Shown: one piece after another, positions 26,191 through 36,918 of the stretch | How the letters are laid out: each line of letters begins with the position of its first letter | How positions within the stretch are numbered: position 1 is the first letter of the stretch | NCBI GenBank assembly: GCA_951406725.2 | Contig: OX597814.1 | Location: 156,054,001 to 156,118,000, forward strand | DNA from: Octopus vulgaris | Taxonomy: Eukaryota | Direction: 5' to 3' | Length of the DNA: 64,000 nucleotides | Program-made: the position numbers and the translations under genes | The notes under the pieces: generated by a model | Databases searched by the model: none | Told to the model about the DNA's origin: nothing | Seen by the model: only the letters and a program-made list of their open reading frames with translations

Positions 26191-26528
26191 AGTAATTTTT
26201 ATTAACTTTTATAGCTTTAGAATTTTATGAACTGTACCACGGATTTAATTATTATTATTTTTCATCTCCATATGTGTTAGCCCCTTTTTTTATAAAAAAA
26301 ACTATTAGCTAAATATGTATGATATCGGTACTTATTAATATTATATATACACTGTTATATATTTTGTTTTATTTTGTTCTGGTTACCTTCCTTTTTGTAC
26401 AAATATGTATTATATTATACAAGTGTAGCATTATGATGTATAAGTTTTTATATTTTACTTTTTTATATTTTTATATTTATATGTATATGATTATATAATA
26501 TTTTTCACTATTATAACAAATTTAATTT

Positions 26529-26649
26529 AATTCTCTGAAGAGGCCGTGGGGCATCTTTGTTAATGCCTCATTTATACCTGCCTTTATGGCTTATAGGTTA
26601 AATGAGGTATGACTGTCCTCACTGCCGAAACAGCTGTCAGTTTTGATTT
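26529..26649 (+). ncRNA. Type I hammerhead ribozyme motif with extended stem II and palindromic stem III
   Basis: CTGAAGA at 26535-26541. Stem II GGCCGTGGGGCA..TGTCCTCACTGCC encloses the hairpin ATGCCTCATTTA..TAAATGAGGTAT. GAAA at 26627-26630, then ACAGCTGT; GUC cleavage after 26638. Stem I is weak. Confidence 0.7.
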
Positions 26650-27016
26650 ATTTGCATATTGTATTTGTAATTTTTTACTTATATCTCTTTATCTTTTTAC
26701 TTTTACTATTACTGTATATCTCATTTCATTTTATATATTGCCTTTACTCCTATGTAATGGTGTATTAAAGTATGGATTGAGTATCATCGGATAGTTGATG
26801 TTTTATTGATTTAAATATGTTTCTCCATTCTCTAATTTTGTAGTATTATTTTACGGTAATATTATTACCCTTACCCATTTAATACAATAGATGAACTGAT
26901 TGCTTGACAATTTCTAACATCTATGTATTAATTTTTGTTGGGTACCTATCTAGCAGTATATTGGATACATATTATCCCATGGTGGGTTGAATTTTCAACC
27001 CCTATCTCATTTTATA

Positions 27017-27431
<415 letters not shown>

Positions 27432-27490
27432 TGGCGGTGCCCCAGCATGGCCACAGCTCATAAGCTGAAACTAGAATCAATCAATCAATC
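27432..27490 (+). mobile_element. Solo 3' tail of the CR1-like LINE with an (AATC)n end
   Basis: TGGCGGTGCCCCAGCATGGCCACAGCTCATAAGCTGAAACTAGA matches the reverse complement of 22701-22744 apart from a few loop substitutions. Confidence 0.85.
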
Positions 27491-27525
27491 ATATGCATAT
27501 ATATATATAATATATGATATAAAAA

Positions 27526-27559
<34 letters not shown>

Positions 27560-29310
27560 GAATCGAAGCAGACGAATTCGAGAAAGTTGTTTATTCCATC
27601 AGGCATAGTAACTGTTTTTTACAGACACATTGAAAAGATATAATTTCAAAATTCCATAGCTGAAATGGAAAAAATGAAGGATAAATTTTCAAGTTTTATG
27701 TTATGATAATTTGTCATTTAGACATTCTGTGGAGTATGCAGAAACGGAATACAGTTGCAAATAACACAAATCCGGTATGCAGGAGCAAACACCATGACAT
27801 TCCTCCGCAATAGCCACTGAAGGACACGACATACAGAAGGAGACGAGCAAAAGGCAAAATCCTACCTCATCGCAGCACCGAGAAATAGAGACCTGAAAAT
27901 AAAGAGGAGATAGAGGATTAAGTGCTGTTAAAATAATCACCAACAATTACACGCCGACTATCGAGAGGAAGCGAAAAACAAAATCTGACAGATTCTCAAT
28001 ATCGTGTCCATAGGAAATAAATACGGTGTGTAAGCCATTGGTTATGCAAAACCTTGTCAGTGAGTAATAAATGTACAGTAGGGAAGCAGTCATACCGGAA
28101 AAACTGTGTAGCTGTAGAGAATCAAAGTGGTGTTATAATTTGAATAAAAAGCACTTATTTACTTCTTATGGTGGTCCTACTTAGTAGTGCAAAGAAGTAT
28201 TTGGGCTGATTTTAATGCTTTGAGTAGCTCAGATTTTCTTTACTATTTTAAATTTATCCCTTCCCTTTTAAGCTAATTTTTATTAACTGAATTCTAACAT
28301 TTGTTATTTAGAGTCACACAATCTTCGTGCTTTTACCTTTCTCTTCTCAAAGCTCGTTTTTCCAGCGTTCACCACTTCACAACGTCTTGGCTTAACAGCC
28401 CTCACCATTTGTTTTTATTGTTTTGTTCTCACTTTCCTGTTTATGTTACCACTTTCACTCTCCCCAAAAAATCCCAAATTTTATTTAATTTGCTCCGCGG
28501 GAAGGACTGTTTTAAAGTAGTCACGTCTTGTCCCTACCTTCGAAACGTGGGGTAGATAAAACAGTGAATAACTGATGAAGGGAATGTTCTTTATGTTGCT
28601 TGTCTTGTTTCTCTGTTAGTTTTTTCTTTCGTTGTTCGAAAAAAGTTCGTTTTCTATGTTTTTGTTTTTATTTTCTCTTTTCTCATTCTGTCTACGTTGT
28701 TTTATGTCCTGTACCCATATATGCATGTATAAATACATATGTATGCAGGTATGTACATATATGTGTGCATATATGCATATATATATATATATATATATAT
28801 ATGTTAGTAAATATGTATGTGCGTTTGTATGTAAATGTGATAATAATTTTAAAGAAAAAGAACTTACTGTAATAACGAAGGTCAATAGTGCTGTCTACAA
28901 TATATAAATTTAATAACTGGATTATCTCTTCACCTATATTTCAACTAACACTGTTACCGTTTCCGGATCTTCAGATAATATATGAAATTCATCTTTTCAT
29001 GTTAAATGCTAAATTCATAATTAAGATAAGCTTATTTTCTTTATTGCTTGAATTGACTATCACTTTTACCGAATTATCTGTTAATTTATGGCAAATTATA
29101 TCTGCGTTCTATTTACTACATATAATCATACCCATCAATATGTCTCTTTGAATTTAACTGTCTATCTTTGCATTGTAATATACATATATGATATTTTCTA
29201 TAACCAAGTATATTTGTGTGCAGTTGAAGGAAAAAAGCAATATAATATCGTATATTAGTCATCGTGTTTTTCTTATCAATTACCTCTTGCAACCAGAGGG
29301 ATGTTACTCA

Positions 29311-29574
29311 AACTGGCACTTCATGAGTTACGATGACTGGGGTTCCAGTTGATCAGATCAACGGAACAGCTGAGCACTCCACAGTCACGTGTACACTTAC
29401 CGTAGTTCTCGTGTAGATTAAGAGTGACACAAAGTGTGAGAAGGTTGTTTTTTTAATACCTGTATAACAGATTTTTCCAGCAACGTGAAATAAAGACACA
29501 GCGCACTACTGGGAATCAATCTCACGACCACTAAGTCACTAAGCACCCTGACAACTAAGCCACGCTCCTTCACC
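29311..29574 (-). mobile_element. Diverged tRNA-type SINE (distinct body) with TSD
   Basis: AGGGATGTTACTC flanks both sides (29298-29310 / 29575-29587). A GTGGCTTAGTTG A-box-like head is on the minus strand. Confidence 0.7.
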
Positions 29575-29682
29575 AGGGATGTTACTCTAACATTAGTGTC
29601 CCACATCACAATTTGATATTTTCTGTTTATGATGTGTAGCTGTGCTTTTTATAGGCTAGTCATTTTCACATTTCCATTCATC

Positions 29683-29717
<35 letters not shown>

Positions 29718-29725
<8 letters not shown>

Positions 29726-29999
29726 GTTGTATACTGTCAATCTAACACGAACGTGACAGTAGGGGGGTACACCACCGCTGTTTAGCCCTAGGAAGCATTG
29801 ACGCCTCCTGATGGCTTTGACACATTTTTCCTGTGTCCTTATATACGTTTACGAAGGGGAGACAAATACCCCCAGCCGGTAAAACAGCGGTGGTGTACCC
29901 CCTTCTGTCACGTTCGTGTTAGATTGGCAGTATACAACCATTCTATCGCCCCACCACCGTACGTGTCTCTACGAGAGATTTAGAAATTTAGTATTTCTG
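29718..29999. mobile_element. Small fold-back element between (TA)n tracts; ~65-bp arms 29718-29783 / 29882-29946
   Basis: ATAGAATGGTTGTATACTG..GTACACCACCGCTGTTT and its reverse complement, with few mismatches. Confidence 0.85.
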
Positions 30000-30024
30000 A
30001 TATATATATATATATATATATATA

Positions 30025-30799
30025 TTTAAAATAATAAGGGTGAAATATTGAATATCAACTTGATTAATATCAATTTAAAAAATCAGTGGACTAACATATT
30101 ACAAAAAATATTCCACTTACAGGTCATCCATCTTATATATATATATATAATATTATATTATATTATATTATATTATTAGGGAATATTACTTCCGAGTACA
30201 CAGAGGAAAAATACATTCAAATTAGATGTACTAAAATGAACATCTCTCAATGTTTAATTCGTATATATGAAAGTAGTGTTAGAGATAGAACCACCTGCAA
30301 CTCAATCGACATTGAAATATTTTATACCCGAACACTCCATAAAATGTTAAATATTAAATTTTATACTAGCTGTATCTATTCTAAATTCCGTATTTTCCGT
30401 TTATAAGACTACACGTGTTTCATGAAAGTACATCGGTATCGATATCAAACGAGATATCTAGTTTCAATACATAATCGGTTCGATATACTCCCAATCTTTA
30501 GGTCTGGGTTCCTCAACATTTTTCACTACCCCTACCTCTTATATACTTCCATGATACTCGAATTCTTCAATATAATCTTACTAAACATATACAAATGAAT
30601 GGAAATACAAATAATAAATAAATAAAAATAATAACTGAATATTAAAATTAAAGGAGTAAAAATCTAAGGAATAAAAATTCAAGGAATAAACATTTAAGGA
30701 AAAAACATTTAAAGAGAGGAAATTACGAATAAAAATTACGAATAAAATTTACGAATAACGAATAAAGAATTGCGAATAAACAAATTCGAAATAAAAAGT

Positions 30800-30800
<1 letters not shown>
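30025..30800 (-). mobile_element. Possible decayed PLE terminal repeat between (TA)n tracts
   Basis: The minus strand has GAAACACGTGTA (palindromic stem III-like) near 30410-30421 and a CTAAAGA core-like word near 30495-30501. An ACGAATAA minisatellite lies at 30720-30790. Confidence 0.35.
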
Positions 30801-30859
<59 letters not shown>

Positions 30860-30862
<3 letters not shown>

Positions 30863-31081
30863 TGTAAATATAATATGTGACAATTATTCGGTAGCCATGA
30901 TAAACTCCGAGTTTCGGATGTCAGGGCGGGAACCCACGCCGGCATCTCTTCAGTTATCGGGCTGGCCTGATAACTGAAGAGATGCCGGCGTGGGTTACAT
31001 AGTATACTTACTGATAAATTCCTCTATTTACATAAAATCGAGGTCTCCTTCGTTCTTTTGTTGTCTTGCCATTTGTATCAA

Positions 31082-31085
<4 letters not shown>
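30860..31085. mobile_element. Short (TA)n-flanked element with a minus-strand hammerhead-like motif (30899-30958) folded back into a 31-bp hairpin (30931-30996)
   Basis: The minus strand reads GATAA CTGAAGA GATG..CATC C GAAA CTCGGAG TTTATC. AACCCACGCCGGCATCTCTTCAGTTATCGGG-ctgg-CCTGATAACTGAAGAGATGCCGGCGTGGGTT forms the hairpin. Confidence 0.7.
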
Positions 31086-31161
<76 letters not shown>

Positions 31162-31429
31162 GTGAGTGAGAGAAAGGGAGAGAGATACATTGATAAGTTT
31201 TATATTTTATATTTCCATACATTTGCACAGAAAAACACGTGCTACACTCAAGCAAAAATAGTTCACATAGCGAAACAAATTCAAACATTCGTTGTTGAAC
31301 CATTCCCCTGTTGAAAAATATTAAATATCGAGAATATTAGATATCAATAAGTAAAGAATGTCCTATGAATTAAATGAGAAATCTACAAGGTATCAAAATT
31401 CAAAATTATCTACATTCAGTCACAGAATA

Positions 31430-32700
31430 TTTTTTAAAATCCTTTATCAAATAAAGTAGGTAGTGCACCGTACCATATTATCAAAGTCAATGAGAAATGC
31501 ATCTAATCAAACAAACATAACGCCATAAAGAAAATTAACATAGACAAATAGATTAGATCGAAACATGAAATACAACACAAAATAGAACCATAGTGCGAAA
31601 ATGACAAGTATTTTACTTTCGAAGATTACAGATACTACTTACAAATTGAACCATCTGTCTGATTAATAAACGTGAGAAAGTCCGATATAAGTGAAATCAG
31701 CAAAGAAATTTTAGATAGAAACCTCTTAATATATAAATTTTTGCCAACGCTACCACATCGTCGAAAAACAAAACGCATGTCATCGTATGTTTAAAGTTTA
31801 TAGGGAACAAAATATGAAATAGGTGTTTTTACAGCTAAATTTTTTAAAAAACATTAGAACCATTCTCCAAAGAACTATATGTTCATCAAACCATCATCCA
31901 TGTAAAATCAATAATCAATAATGCTAAACAAGGGAAAGCAATCATATAACAATTGTTGACAATAATTATAAGCTACAGCTAATCTATATGAACTAAACAA
32001 AAACTAATAACATTATTGAGGTCAGTAAGTATGTAGAAGTATTCGCGATTTAATATAGTCTTAAATATATATATATTATATATTTGTATATATGTATGTA
32101 TGAATATATATATATTATAATATATATGTTTGTGTATATATGTATATAATATATATGTATATAATATATATATATATATATAATATATATATATATATAT
32201 GTTTGCATATATAATGTGCGTGTGTGTATATGCATGTTTTTATATACAAAGGTGTATAAAATATATAATACTTACTTCTAATGAATCAGTTGGAAACTTG
32301 CTAAAACAATTAAACCTTCCATAAGCCAACTAAAAGACAACTTAAACTAAAATTCCAAAACATATGACTTAGAAAGTAATTAACTTTATTAGTGTATACT
32401 TCGGCAAAATATTAAACCTTAAATTATTATATAGTATTAATTCGGAAACCCATTGAATCTTTATATCAGATGTATTAACAATGAGATAAATCTAAAACTG
32501 TCTGCAAGTTGGGAAATGTAGTAATAATACTGATCAACTGACCGATATATTTGTCAAAAGAAGAGTTAAAGACGCTCCCATATGATGCCCCCTGCAAAAA
32601 TGAATGTAAAGAAAAATGTGATATGCAGCGAAAACTAGGACTATTGCAAAGAATAGCAATAAAATCCTACTGCTTAAATGTTAAAATACTAATCGCATAA
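31430..32700 (+). pseudogene. Highly decayed PLE reverse-transcriptase remnant
   Basis: LIN..KSDISEISKEILDR near 31660-31720 resembles the PLE RT N-terminal motif RLINP.KS..G.ISK.ILD. The rest is too decayed to read confidently. Confidence 0.4.
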
Positions 32701-33030
32701 AACTCTTTCACCCTAATTTTGAAATCCCCTTGTTTTCATCACAAATACAAAAAAAAAAATAATAAAAACACACATAATAACTCATATATTAACGGCTAAC
32801 TTTGCATAGAAATTGTCATCGAAAAGTCAGCTGTGATCGAAAAACCAGCTATGTGGAAACATGTCACTCATAAACACAAATACAGAACACAGAATGCCAG
32901 ACTCTTCGAAAGTAAATGCTTCAGAAATGGCAAAATATACAAATACGAAGACTACCTTCAAACCAATATACACGTTGTTGCAATAATTTAAACTTGAAAA
33001 TTAAAAACAAGACAGACATGCACACGGAGG

Positions 33031-33105
<75 letters not shown>

Positions 33106-33488
33106 ACACACACGCACGCACGCTCAGAGTAAAATTAAACTACATTTCAATGGAATCTTTTATTTAATCACACACAAAATGATTTCCTCTGAATGTGCTG
33201 TCACATATTTGTGTTATGGTTTATAAAATGTGAAACTGTTTTGATATTAAAAAAATGTACACAAGTATTGGTTAACTGACTAGGTGGAAGGGGCCCTTGT
33301 GTGTCTAAAACAACCCAAGAGTTATATACATAACGACTGACCATATTATATCCAAAAGAGCAGCACACTCTAAATTGTAGAGCAGTAGAGCAATTAGCTA
33401 CGCCCTTTATGGACGCGAGACCCAGGCTAACCCCCATAAACCGACCATAGCTATCTTTATTTACGTACACACACACATACGTATACAT

Positions 33489-33489
<1 letters not shown>

Positions 33490-33541
<52 letters not shown>

Positions 33542-33627
33542 AAGAAAGAAAGATAGATAGATGATAGATAGATAGATAGATGATAGATAGATAGAAAGAA
33601 AGATAGATAGATGATAGATAGATAGAT

Positions 33628-33662
<35 letters not shown>

Positions 33663-33742
33663 GATAGGTAGATAGATAGATGATAGATAGATAGAAAGAA
33701 AGATAGATAGATGATAGATAGATAGATGATAGATAGATAGAT

Positions 33743-33839
<97 letters not shown>

Positions 33840-33843
33840 TAGA
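33490..33843. repeat. Compound (GATA)n/(GAAA)n tetranucleotide array with higher-order units
   Basis: Read directly. Confidence 0.95.
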
Positions 33844-34496
33844 TGTGCATGCATATATCTATGCATATGAGTATAAAGAGTAAGAGGGAAATCGAAATAC
33901 AGAGATATGAATTAAACCGAGTCAAAACGATTGCGTGTGTGTTTTGTGTTCATCTCTGCATACGCTCGTGCATTCGCACACATACATGATTCGCATGTGC
34001 ATGTGCATACAAACTTGCACAGAACACACACAAGCACACAACACACTCACATGAATAAATAAGCATTAGTAAAAAACAAAACAAAACATGAATCTGCCGA
34101 AGGGTATGATAATAACAGAGTTAAAAACAAATTTATAGACGCATTTTTTTTTTATTATCGCTGAAACAATCTAGGTTTGTACATTTTAGTTTAGAATGAT
34201 TGATTTCCATCCAGTTGAAAGTTTGTAAAGGATTAGGATATGAGGGAATTCAGAGTTAGATTAAGACATTCATAGAGATAATTTTTGCTTAGGCGGTTGT
34301 TTTAAATTATATATCTATGGTAAATTAACGGAAGATTGCTATAATGATAGTAGCAAATCGATAATAAGAATCGAAACAGCAGGTGGAAATGAGAATGAAT
34401 CCTTTTAGAAGCAGAAATAAATAACCAGTATATACATATATGTGCGCCTGTGAGTGTGTATATATGTGTGTGTATATGTGTATGTGCATATATATT

Positions 34497-34535
<39 letters not shown>

Positions 34536-34567
34536 ATATATATATGTATATATATACATATATATGC

Positions 34568-34606
<39 letters not shown>

Positions 34607-34609
<3 letters not shown>

Positions 34610-34693
34610 TTTCCTGAGCGTCCAATATCACTATACTTGTTCCACGTCCTCGCGTTGTTGTGTTTTCTCTTTGTGTTTTCATGTTTGGATTAA

Positions 34694-34695
<2 letters not shown>
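34607..34695 (+). mobile_element. Solo 3' tip of the 40236/50812-type element inside (TA)n
   Basis: TTCCTGAGCG followed by a pyrimidine-rich tail, as downstream of the variant hammerheads. Confidence 0.45.
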
Positions 34696-34784
<89 letters not shown>

Positions 34785-35009
34785 AAAAGGGAAAACTAAA
34801 AAGTAAAAGAGTCTAAAGGAAGAGTAAGTACGGTTAGGCAGCTTTTTCATCGCTACAACTGTTACGATACATACATATCCTTGTATATACTGGGTTTAAA
34901 GTTTAAAAGTTTAAATTAAATTATTTAACGATTTACCCGTTTAAGAAGATCTATATGTATCTCTTCAAGCGATACTCAGTTGCTGTCTCCGTAAGCAAAA
35001 TTTAGATTT

Positions 35010-35151
35010 CTTGTGTCCGTCACTGTACAAAATCGCCACTATGCTCTACATGGCTCAAGAAATAGATATTTCTAAAATATGATAAAACCAGAACAATTCA
35101 AAGGACTGTAGTACTTGATTGATACTTAAACAGTCGACATCAATGAATATA
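35010..35151 (+). repeat. ~140-bp direct repeat, copy 1
   Basis: TCTTGTGTCCGTCACTGTACAAAAT..GTCGACATCAATGAATATAG recurs at 36778-36918. Confidence 0.9.
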
Positions 35152-35349
35152 GTGTATGTATATATATGTATGTATGCGTATGAGAGTGTATATATGAGTG
35201 TATATATCTATGGGTGTATATACATATATGTGTGTATGTGTGTGTGTGTACGTGTGTGTATTACATATATTTACATTTATTGGCTAGTTGATACACATGA
35301 TTTACTTCAGGAATTCCTTGATGTCCGGCGAGTTTATATACACAGATTA

Positions 35350-35612
35350 AAATAATAATAAATGCGCCCTTTTAAAGCCTTAGCCAGGCTCATGGACCCG
35401 GTTTCCCGGTTTCTACGGCGTATGTGTTCTCCAGCTGGACGGGACGCCAATCCATCGCAGCGTTACTCATTTTTGCCTGCTGAGTGGACTGGAGCAACGT
35501 GAAATGAAGTGTTTTGCTCAAAAATACAGCGCGTCGCCCGGTCCAGGAATCGAAACTACAATCTTACGATCATGATGTTGACATCCTAACCACTAAGCCA
35601 CGCGCCGCCACT
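35350..35612 (-). mobile_element. tRNA-derived SINE with a V-domain-like body and TSD
   Basis: A box TGGCTTAGTGG and B box GTTTCGATTCC. The 3' half is shared with 55067-55175. ATATA(C/A)ACAGATTA flanks both sides. Confidence 0.85.
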
Positions 35613-36104
35613 TATATAAACAGATTAGAGACAAAACATGGAATTCACGAGATTATTCCTATCTACTACTATTGTTTTGACTTTTGACTCATCCTGCATC
35701 TATACCTTACAGACAAGATTCCGTACACTCAATTGCTTTGCATGACAGGTGCAGATTGCATCTTGTCATGTGACTTTTAAACAAGCACACCATTCTTTCT
35801 TCTCTTCATTTTACTTAGCTCTATTACGATATGTGTCTAAGCAGATTGTGCATTCTAGCAGTTTTCATAAGAAATTGAGAAAGTCACAAAAAACATTGTT
35901 CCCATTCTCTAGGGCTCGAATTGTTTGCTCCGAGAAAACCCTATATATTTTGTTGAATGCTGAGTCAACAAGTCCTCTGATGTAACCATAGATTTAAATA
36001 CACCCTTTGGTGGTATTATAGGGAAAGTTAGTTTTTTGGTCTAATGTGTATAGAGTAAGTTGTTTTTAGGAGCGGTCTTTTACTCTTTTATTTGTTTCAG
36101 TCGT

Positions 36105-36273
36105 ATATATACGACGGGCTTCTTCCAGCTTCCGTCAACCAAATCCCCCCATAAGGCTTAGGTCGGCCTGAGGCTATAGTAGAAGACACTTACTCAAAGT
36201 GCCACGCGCTTGGACTGAACCCGGGATCATGTGGTTAGTAAGCAAGCTATTTACCACACAGCCACTCCTGAGC
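36105..36273 (-). mobile_element. 5' half of SINE family A
   Basis: Reverse complement of the GGAGTGGCTGTGTGGTAA..GAAGCCCGTCGTATAT segment. Confidence 0.85.
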
Positions 36274-36777
36274 CTGTTCACTATTTCGTATAAAATATTC
36301 TTACATCTGATACATCGAAAATAATATTTAGAAAACAATAGAAATGCGACAATTTTTTTTAACAATATAATTTAATTTTAAATTAAGTGCAATTATTTTT
36401 TATGAAATACATTTACAATTTTTTTTTTACGTTACACAGTCTATCGTTTTATGAGAAACTAAACGTGGATATATATACATCGAAGCAGAAATTATACTTA
36501 TTGTTATTTTCAAATCTCGAGAATATATCTTCAATTGTTTTGTGTATTTCTTTATATGTGTTATTGTTTCATATAGCGTTCCACTTACAATAAAAAATAT
36601 ATGACTGTCATAATTCTTTATCGGGAAGAGCAATAATAATTATCTCTGACGTAAGCACACTTCTACAAGCAGAATATAGTATACTGAGTCAGTTCAAAGA
36701 CCTACGAAGGATGTATCAGTTGATCGTGGAGAGATTTTATCGCAGGAGTTAAAAAGACGTAACCCAAGGCAACACGC

Positions 36778-36918
36778 TCTTGTGTCCGTCACTGTACAAA
36801 ATACCACTATGCCGTACATGACTCTAGAAATAGATATTTCTAAAATATTAAGAGCAGAGCATTTCAATGGACTGTAGTACTTGATTGATACTTAAACAGT
36901 CGACATCAATGAATATAG
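36778..36918 (+). repeat. ~140-bp direct repeat, copy 2
   Basis: See 35010-35151. Confidence 0.9.

Larger units (their letters stand above)
23837..27016 (+). mobile_element. 3.2-kb non-coding fold-back element: ~1125-bp inverted arms (23837-24961 / 25717-26842), 755-bp spacer, 3' extension to ~27016; likely a PLE pseudo-LTR structure
   Basis: The same 61-aa ORF is called at 23885-24070 (-) and 26609-26794 (+). The arms are near-identical by eye (a 1-bp indel near the inner end). Each arm has a hammerhead, and (TA)n/TGCA tracts flank both sides. Confidence 0.9.

Noticed and set aside
27558-28130. Purine-rich, coding-like stretch after the TA tract
   Set aside because: Stops in all frames and no motif I could assign.
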